From contig NC_043001.1 of the NCBI RefSeq assembly GCF_006345805.1, forward strand, positions 29,946,001 through 30,010,000: a DNA stretch of 64,000 nucleotides. The letters run 5' to 3'. The first letter of the stretch is position 1, and each line of letters begins with the position of its first letter. The translations under genes and the position numbers were made by a program. The notes below the pieces were generated by a model that worked only from the letters and a program-made list of their open reading frames with translations, was not told the origin of the DNA and ran no database searches. Source of the DNA: Octopus sinensis (lineage: Eukaryota). Of the stretch, positions 60,438 through 64,000 are shown piece after piece.

Positions 60438-63181
60438 CATATATACGACAGGCTTCTTTCAGTTTCCGTCTACCAAATCCACTCACAAGGCATTGGTCGG
60501 CCCGGGGCTATAGCAGAAGACACTTGCCCAAGATGCCATGCAGTGGGACTGAACCCGGAACCATGTGGTTGGTTAGCAAGCTACTTACCAGACAGCCACT
60601 CCTGCGCCTATGGTTAACAAGATCAATGTTTTTCTCAATGGTTGCAGTTGCAGGACGTCTAGACCTTGGATCATCTTCAAAATTCTTCTTTCTCCTCCTT
60701 ATTTCAGCGGCTCACTTTTGCATTGTTGATAAAGTTGGAGTGTCATCCCTTAATGTAGCAACAATATCATCAGGAATGTCCTTGGGGACTAAACCCTTTT
60801 CCATGATGCCAAATTTTAAGAGAAGTTGCTACAAGTTACTTTTAAAGTCTTCTTTGAACAGCTTACCTGACATCTGACTGTTCAAAGAAGGCGGCTGACA
60901 AGGCAGCAAGCTGGCAGGAACGTTAGCACGCTGGGTGAAATGCTTAGCGGTATTTCATCTGCTGTTAAGTTCTGAGTTCAAATTCCGCCGAGGTCGACTT
61001 TGCCTTTCATCCCTTCGGGATCGATTAAATAAGTACTAGTTATGCACTGGGGTCGATATAATTGACTTAATCCGTTTGTCTGTCCTCTCTGTGTTTAGCC
61101 CCTTGTGGGTAGTAAAGAAATAGATATTTTACCTGCTGTTATATTCTGAGTTCAAATTCCGCTGAGGTCAACTTTGCCTTTCATCCTTTTGGGGTAGATT
61201 AAATAAGTACTAGTTACGCACTGGGGTCGATATAATCTACTTAATCCGTTTGTCTGTCCTTGTTTGTCCTCTCTGTGTTTAGCCCCTTGTGGGTAGTAAA
61301 GAAATAGGTATTTCATCTGCTGTTACTTCTGAGTTCAAATTCCACCGAGGTCGACTTTGCCTTTCATCCTTTCGGGGTCAATAAATTAAGTACCAGTTAC
61401 GCACTGGGATCGATATAATCGACTTAATCCGATTGTCGGTTCTTGTTTGTCCCCTCTGTGTGTAGCCCCTTGTGGGCAGTAAACAAATAAGATGTCAGTT
61501 TACCTGTTAAGAAGCTGTACTGTGAATCAGAAGAGTTGAAATTAACGCATGCAAGATTTCATAGTTCTACGAGGGGCGTTCAATAAGTAATGCCCCTGAC
61601 CCACTTCCCATAGCAGTAGAGCAACGAAACTTGGCACAGTTATTAGTCTTTTTCTACATAGGAACCACCCAGAGTTACGCATTTCTCCCGTCATTTGATG
61701 CGGCTCTGGAGACCGTTTTTGTAGAAGAACCCAGCTTGGTCCTCCAACCTCAACGTGACTTCAGAAATCAAGGCTGCATCATCTGGGAAACACTTTCCTT
61801 TCAAAAACAACTTCATGATTGGGAAGAGGTGAAAATCAGAGGGTGCAAGGTCAGGAAAGTAGGGGGGATGGGGAGGAGTTCATAGCCATACGCCTGTTCT
61901 TCTGATCTGGCGACAAGTCAATTGTGGACCGGAGCGTTGTCCTGCAGGAGGAGGATGCCTTTGCTGATCTTGCCCCGTCTCTTGATTTTGATAACTTCTC
62001 TTAATTTCCTCAAAAGTGAAGCATAATAGGCTCCTGCAATTGTGGTACCCTTTGCCAGGAAATCTGTCATCACTACTCCGTCCTGGTCCCAGAAGACTGT
62101 GAGCATGACCTTGCCTTCTTTGGAGGGGGTGAGTCATGGTGCTTCCACTGCATTGACTGGGCTTTGGTCTCTGGATCATCATGATGGACCCAGGTTTCAT
62201 CCTGTGTAATCAGTCTTTTGAAAAATTTTGACTCATCTTCTTGGCACATCTCCAAATTCACCCCGAGCACTCGACGCGTTCTTGCTTCTGGAAAGGTATG
62301 AGCAACCTGGGAATCCATCTGGCAGACACCTTTTGCATATGCAAATGGTCATGAATGATAGTTTCCACAGACCCGGTACTAATCTTAACCTCATGGGCTA
62401 TTTGGCGAATAATTATGCGTCGATCTTCCAAAATGGCAGCCTCAACTTGACGAACAGATGCCTCATCAATGGCAGAAGGGGGCGACCAGATCTGGGAGCT
62501 GTTTCCACAGAGTTCCGACCATGTTTGAATTCACGATGCCAGCGTTTTACAAGGTCATATGATGGGGCATCATCACCATAAGTTACTTTCATTTCATCAA
62601 AAGTCTCCCGTGGTGTGCGTCCTTTCAAATACAAAAACCGGATCACTGCTCGACACTCAACAGGCTCCATTTCACACTTGACTCTGTTCAAACACCTGTA
62701 AATCAGAAACCACAATTAATTCAGAGCTGTAATTTGCCACTTACTCTATAGAGATATAAATGATTGCACATGCAAAATTTCAGCTAGATCAAACAACTGC
62801 AAGTGGGTCAGAGGCATTACTTATTGAACGTCCCTCGTAGCACCACTCCTTCATAATCTGTCTGTGAATCTTTTCACACACCCTTCATAAAAGAATGGGG
62901 AATGCAAAATATGACAATATATACTGTAACATTTTTTTGTTTTGTTCTTTTTTATAAATGTTTTAAAGTTTAGTATAGTTTTCTTAGTTCAAACTAGAAT
63001 ACCTGAAAATACTAAGTACATATCACTGTGCTTTTTTTTTTCTTTGATTTTTATTTTTCAGATTTTAGTACAACTGAAACAATACAAAGAAGAATTACTT
63101 GCTGCATGCCTGGCATTGGTATTGTCTCTTCCCACAGAACTTATTGTAGATCAAATCGATGACCTTTTGCCAGCTATTCAG
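1660..63181 (+). CDS. PRKDC: DNA-dependent protein kinase catalytic subunit (DNA-PKcs), partial spliced CDS of 20 internal exons covering the N-terminal HEAT region; gene extends beyond both window ends
   Basis: Twenty AG/GT-bounded exons join in frame with consistent phases (2105 nt). Translation is collinear with human DNA-PKcs motifs, e.g. DLSRYEMPK~[29 protein letters not shown]~[30 protein letters not shown]~[30 protein letters not shown]~[20 protein letters not shown]. Confidence 0.95.
2110..2590 (+). mobile_element. CR1/Jockey-group LINE 3' fragment (degenerate ORF2 C-terminus)
   Basis: Residual YWERLKQLRLYSL.RR and FKSKLDLFLSKVPDEP motifs typical of LINE ORF2 ends. Confidence 0.7.
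2652..2852. mobile_element. Merlin-like MITE, 201 bp
   Basis: 34-bp TIRs starting GGCGATCTTTC (2 mismatches); 8-bp TSD GTACCAGT (2644-2651, 2853-2860); internal CCCTAACCCTAACCC. Confidence 0.75.
4305..5125. repeat. Minisatellite, 22-bp unit GATCTCGATCAAAGGTACTGCT, about 36 copies
   Basis: Directly visible head-to-tail tandem array without spacers; one interruption at about 4981-5005. Confidence 0.97.
5404..5496 (+). CDS. PRKDC: PRKDC exon, 93 nt (SSEIRHEVLTMLINVAEKFGEYLQPYAADLI)
   Basis: ttag|TCT...ATA|gtaagc; resembles human [28 protein letters not shown]. Confidence 0.9.
6270..7230 (+). mobile_element. RTE-clade LINE 3' fragment
   Basis: Degenerate ORF2 C-terminal region (MLxGSETWxVT-like), homologous to 33225-34200. 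Confidence 0.8.
7417..7491 (+). CDS. PRKDC: PRKDC exon, 75 nt (GICKLQYNQDDSAKVKNVALDLLMH)
   Basis: ttag|GGC...CAT|gtaagt; resembles human [23 protein letters not shown]. Confidence 0.9.
9517..9603 (+). ncRNA. Type I hammerhead ribozyme candidate within a Penelope-like remnant
   Basis: CTTCC-CTGAAGA(9522-9528)-stem II GAAGAT...ATCTTC-GAAA(9587-9590)-CATGT-GTC|GGAAG; all core nucleotides present and stem I CTTCC/GGAAG intact. Confidence 0.7.
10501..10933 (+). mobile_element. Solo LTR, Gypsy-type, 433 bp
   Basis: TGTAGTG...TGTTACA termini; exact 4-bp TSD GGCT on both sides; YY1-, ETS- and NRF1-like motifs near the 5' end; orientation is inferred. Confidence 0.8.
11080..11352 (-). mobile_element. 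CR1-like LINE 3' end with short tandem-repeat tail
   Basis: Minus strand encodes FSVRVVDPWNKLPDEIV, a CR1-type ORF2 C-terminus; (GTTAA)n tail. Confidence 0.65.
12661..13443 (-). mobile_element. tRNA-derived SINE tetramer (one head plus 184-bp tandem units)
   Basis: A-box/B-box head at the right end; four near-identical 184-bp units; single flanking TSD TG(A/G)TTTCAGTTTGTAC (12645-12660, 13444-13459). Confidence 0.9.
13737..13845 (+). CDS. PRKDC: PRKDC exon, 109 nt (VLEASSGYYQISELDIPGLIRKFLMELANPSKTKLT)
   Basis: tcag|GTC...ACTG|gttagt; phase matches both neighbours; resembles human DEFKIGELFSKFYGELA. Confidence 0.88.
16354..16466 (+). CDS. PRKDC: PRKDC exon, 113 nt (RAKIYLLFGTLAHHYPEFMSDYAKKLFDIYLSAMVAE)
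   Basis: gcag|TG...GAG|gtaagt; resembles human [28 protein letters not shown]. Confidence 0.9.
17322..17770 (+). mobile_element. mariner 5' fragment (transposase N-terminus), truncated by an RTE insertion
   Basis: MQCKNEHFHHILLFYFHKGKKAAEA and SGRPTEVDDD HTH-region motifs. Confidence 0.75.
17771..18502 (+). mobile_element. RTE-clade LINE ORF2 fragment
   Basis: DLALIAES...GLRVNLAKTKV, WPCSIC...CTQCKLWTHKR and MLHGSETWAVT motifs. Confidence 0.85.
18659..18755 (+). CDS. PRKDC: PRKDC exon, 97 nt (FRSLKKPEFLIIAACLEGCNKLLSKHTPYDLE)
   Basis: tcag|TTT...GAAG|gtaagt; resembles human REPKLPVLAGCLKGLSSLL. Confidence 0.9.
20587..20741 (+). CDS. PRKDC: PRKDC exon, 155 nt (GVKKYYELFQAARSAAKPDLDLSRYEMPKASLILFENHSAFFIKFLQDCYE)
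   Basis: atag|AG...GAG|gtaagt; resembles human [27 protein letters not shown]. Confidence 0.92.
21201..21605 (+). mobile_element. Full-length ~400-bp tRNA-derived SINE, representative of about 15 copies (others at about 5590-6078, 11950-12590, 15436-16165, 18962-19372, 37832-38490, 46108-46505, 60190-60609)
   Basis: GGCGCAGGAG..GCTGTGTGGTAAG head with GGTTCAGTCCC B-box, CCTTGGGCAAGT central motif, internal (TA/TG)n and AAAAGAGT tandem tail; recurs on both strands. Confidence 0.88.
22182..23464 (-). mobile_element. Full-length degenerate mariner (D,D34D) transposon
   Basis: TIRs GGTCATCCCATAAATAATG; broken transposase ORFs with WVPHKL and YSPDIAPSDYHLF. Confidence 0.92.
23683..23927. repeat. 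Long inverted repeat, 94-bp arms with 57-bp spacer and 1 mismatch
   Basis: 23683-23776 is the reverse complement of 23834-23927 except A23720 opposite C23890. Confidence 0.95.
25430..25781 (+). mobile_element. RTE-derived 3' end with (GAT)n tail, representative of more than 15 copies on both strands
   Basis: AAAAGCACCCACTACACTCTCGGAGTGGTTGGCGTTAGGAAGGGCATCCAGC...GGACGTTAAACGATGATG consensus; contiguous with RTE ORF2 remnants at about 16740-17293 and 28030-28830. Confidence 0.88.
25786..26381 (-). mobile_element. CpG-rich solo-LTR-like element, about 596 bp
   Basis: Minus strand runs TGTAGTGA...GACGCTACA; GC box, NRF1-, ETS- and CRE-like motifs, TTAAAAG TATA-like box (26250-26256), YY1 motif (26078-26087), AATAAA (25958-25963); no TSD found. 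Confidence 0.7.
26711..26803 (+). CDS. PRKDC: PRKDC exon, 93 nt (DMYDVFLKWFHHKNRELANHGQWAMEAFIYQ)
   Basis: atag|GAC...CAA|gtaagt; resembles human [30 protein letters not shown]. Confidence 0.92.
29959..30012 (+). CDS. PRKDC: PRKDC exon, 54 nt (ISQAIVEDEDALQKNMFE)
   Basis: tcag|ATT...GAG|gtaaac; fills the gap corresponding to human VSNMVAKNAEMHKNKLQ. Confidence 0.82.
30126..30514 (+). mobile_element. Non-autonomous Helitron-like element (second copy on minus strand at 42185-42573)
   Basis: A|TC...CTAG|T ends, no TSD, subterminal GC-rich hairpin CCCGAGCAACGCCAGGCG. Confidence 0.75.
31330..31870 (-). mobile_element. Tc1-like transposase fragment
   Basis: KHPVNIMVFGVITSDG...WQQGSASCHTS...W resembles a Tc1/IS630 DDE domain. 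Confidence 0.75.
32450..32545 (+). CDS. PRKDC: PRKDC exon, 96 nt (FFLEKSNVIIKNKDSTKKEIDVAIKCFGLLAG)
   Basis: tcag|TTC...GGT|gtaagt; resembles human [32 protein letters not shown]. Confidence 0.92.
33225..34200 (+). mobile_element. RTE-clade LINE 3' fragment
   Basis: 157-aa ORF with MLHGSETWAVT, RRLCWYGHVAR and RGRPRKAW, typical of the RTE ORF2 C-terminus. Confidence 0.9.
34883..34965 (+). CDS. PRKDC: PRKDC exon, 83 nt (PCKKFHTQDDVNFMFREMLEHSKHLFE)
   Basis: tcag|CCT...AA|gtaagt; resembles human [25 protein letters not shown]. Confidence 0.92.
36876..37341 (-). mobile_element. tRNA-derived SINE whose 3' part is triplicated (~105-bp units)
   Basis: tRNA-like head at the right end; three ~105-bp units; 14-bp TSD CTTTTGTTAACATA. 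Confidence 0.8.
37342..37584. repeat. 120-bp tandem duplication adjacent to the SINE TSD
   Basis: 37342-37461 is repeated almost exactly at 37462-37581. Confidence 0.9.
39455..39539 (+). CDS. PRKDC: PRKDC exon, 85 nt (ESENLHDQLYSLRGYLEALSSILKEIDC)
   Basis: atag|G...TGT|gtaagt; resembles human [22 protein letters not shown]. Confidence 0.9.
41704..41872 (+). CDS. PRKDC: PRKDC exon, 169 nt (ISDESLKIIEYLLVAMIENFPQ...LREILRET)
   Basis: gcag|ATA...ACAG|gtatgt; resembles human LEHLVVMQIDSFPQ...RAIVKVFLAL. Confidence 0.93.
45195..45475 (+). mobile_element. tRNA-derived SINE of a further family
   Basis: GGTTCAAATCTC B-box-like motif followed by a GC-rich body and an AACA-type tail. Confidence 0.55.
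45589..45752 (+). CDS. PRKDC: PRKDC exon, 164 nt (YQGLLRMSHL...VSYKDYISLWSNLLKSSSLK)
   Basis: ttag|TG...AAG|gtgaga; resembles human VHQGLIRICS and PTYKDYVDLFRHLL. Confidence 0.92.
47141..48789. mobile_element. hAT (Charlie-like) non-autonomous element carrying nested insertions
   Basis: TIR CGGTGTTTCTCAAC / GTTGAGAAACATTG; exact 8-bp TSD GCTTAGAG (47133-47140, 48790-48797). Confidence 0.82.
49803..49844 (-). ncRNA. Minimal type I hammerhead ribozyme candidate
   Basis: Minus strand GTAC-CTGAAGA-GAC(CCAGAATGA)GTC-GAAA-CATGT-GTC|GTAC; complete core with stems I, II and III. Confidence 0.7.
50122..50680 (-). mobile_element. CR1-like LINE 3' fragment (related copies at about 30680-30957 and 40495-41005)
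   Basis: 108-aa ORF with TRGH, FTLRVAEAWNRLP and FKTSM motifs; shared 3'UTR and (TTA)n tail. Confidence 0.85.
51175..51391. mobile_element. piggyBac-like MITE, 217 bp
   Basis: TTAA TSD; TIR CCCTTTCATTACC / GGTAATGAAAGGG. Confidence 0.8.
51442..51579 (+). CDS. PRKDC: PRKDC exon, 138 nt ([46 protein letters not shown])
   Basis: ttag|GAA...GTG|gtaagc; LLYDE...LDLT motif. Confidence 0.93.
51958..52177. mobile_element. piggyBac-like MITE (CCCTTTAG family; another copy at about 12016-12236)
   Basis: CCCTTTAG...CTAAAGGG termini with T(C/T)AA flanks; inserted in an RTE tail. Confidence 0.75.
52803..52933 (+). CDS. PRKDC: PRKDC exon, 131 nt (VIQPSAST...SADPVHNIKLNCVQDHQVFYNIVNFC)
   Basis: ttag|GTT...TG|gtaatt; resembles human [26 protein letters not shown]. 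Confidence 0.9.
53253..53616 (-). mobile_element. Helitron-like element (short relative at 55430-55578)
   Basis: Minus strand TC...CTAG ends and terminal hairpin CTAGCACTATGACC...GGTCATAGTGCTAG. Confidence 0.65.
55300..55383 (+). CDS. PRKDC: PRKDC exon, 84 nt (EFLNKNEKKMFRKWLFRYCNFLVKIST)
   Basis: ctag|T...AG|gtcagt; resembles human [27 protein letters not shown]. Confidence 0.88.
55640..56022 (-). mobile_element. Internally deleted mariner fragment, same family as 22182-23464
   Basis: High similarity to 22920-23450 including the WVPH region and the 5' end. Confidence 0.8.
56025..56450. repeat. Compound (TACA)n/(TG)n/(TATG)n microsatellites
   Basis: Direct inspection; similar low-complexity tracts at 27130-27370 and many (TA)n runs. 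Confidence 0.9.
57448..57523 (+). CDS. PRKDC: PRKDC exon, 76 nt ([25 protein letters not shown])
   Basis: tcag|C...GAG|gtatga; resembles human [25 protein letters not shown]. Confidence 0.93.
58264..58362 (+). CDS. PRKDC: PRKDC exon, 99 nt (GISIDNLKITEDSSQTNAEKIACCILIKKYSKE)
   Basis: acag|GGA...GAG|gtacag; resembles human GVSPKSLK...EKYSCFALFVKFGKE. Confidence 0.9.
59234..59838. mobile_element. Penelope-like terminal repeat pair in inverted orientation with hammerhead remnants; spacer contains a short tRNA-derived insert (59335-59410)
   Basis: 59234-59337 is the reverse complement of 59744-59838; both carry CTGATGA-stem-GAAAC. Confidence 0.65.
60902..61491 (+). mobile_element. tRNA-derived SINE trimer, same family as 12661-13443
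   Basis: One head followed by three tandem bodies joined at AAGAAATAG|(G/A)TATTT. Confidence 0.88.
61570..62837 (-). mobile_element. Full-length mariner (1268 bp) with frameshifted transposase, nested in an older mariner fragment (about 60610-62888)
   Basis: TA-flanked TIRs CGAGGGGCGTTCAATAAGTAATGCC; ORF pieces RAVIRFLYLKG, PRSGRP, LITQDETWVHH and LLLQDNAPVH. Confidence 0.93.
63062..63181 (+). CDS. PRKDC: PRKDC exon, 120 nt ([40 protein letters not shown])
   Basis: tcag|ATT...CAG|gtaagt; resembles human [22 protein letters not shown]...VPALQ. Confidence 0.95.
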
Positions 63182-64000
63182 GTAAGTTTTGATTATTGAA
63201 AGAAAAATCCTATCCCAGCACTGATAAAAACTAGTGATAAAATTATGAAGAAATCAGTTACTATTTCATGAAGATTTGGGAAATGAAGAATTTTTCATTA
63301 TCTTTTTTTTTTAGTCATGCTCCATGCTTCTCTTCTCATCATTGATTTCATGTTCTTAAGCTTTTGCAAAATCAATGGAAGTGTTGCCTGACATCAGCAA
63401 AGTCTTTGGGCTTGTCTGGGAAGAGAACATCCAAACGAAATTACTCTTGTATTGGTTCTATGTTTTATTTCTTGGAATGGATGTTTCCTGTTGACTTTAC
63501 ACTGTCTCAGTATGTGTCAACACCCCTGCTTCTCTCTCTCTCTCTCTCTCTCCCTCTCTCTTTCTTTCTTTCTTCCACAATCTATCAACATTAATGTGCT
63601 TCAGCGATCATTATATTTTGCATATCCTACTTCTTTTTCATTAGAGATAGAGACTGGTCCTGATCCTTTACAATAGAGTGAATCCTACAAAAGATAGCCC
63701 TTTATTACAGATGCTGTCCTCATAACTCAGGCCTGGCCCACATTGCTTCCATCAACATTGTCTTTGAAAACATTCTTCAGTGGATGCATGGTGTTATAGT
63801 CTCCTGTATCACCAAAACACAATTATTACACATATCAAGGAAACAGCCTTGCACTACACTACCACCTCTAAACCACATAACAAACCCCTCAACACAGACT
63901 AAAACCCTTCAAAGGTGCTACAAAGGCTTCACAATCTCTGATATTCTCTCAAAGGAACTACATCTAAACAATACAAAGCTACACCTAAAACATCAGGTTT

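Overview
AT-rich, repeat-dense metazoan genomic DNA. The repeat complement (tRNA-derived SINEs, RTE 3' ends with (GAT)n tails, abundant microsatellites) suggests an octopus/coleoid cephalopod, which is an inference. The whole window lies inside one + strand gene, the DNA-dependent protein kinase catalytic subunit (PRKDC/DNA-PKcs). I read 20 GT-AG exons by hand (1660-63181, 2105 nt, about 702 codons). Their phases are consistent throughout and they match the N-terminal HEAT region of human DNA-PKcs, roughly residues 50-750. The first exon and the rest of the gene lie outside the window. The introns hold tRNA-SINEs, RTE and CR1-like LINE fragments, mariner/Tc1, pogo-like, piggyBac-like, Merlin-like and hAT MITEs, Helitron-like elements, two Gypsy-type solo LTRs and a 22-bp minisatellite. 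The most notable signals are: (1) a family of type I hammerhead ribozyme motifs in Penelope-like remnants, including two with complete cores, where the sense-strand copies are either degenerate or paired with an upstream inverted copy; (2) SINE multimers that share the same junction at three separate loci; (3) a local templated copy of an RTE-tail/LTR junction about 10 kb from its donor; (4) a 94-bp near-perfect hairpin with a single A:C mismatch. Almost all ORFs in the supplied track are spurious or transposon-derived.
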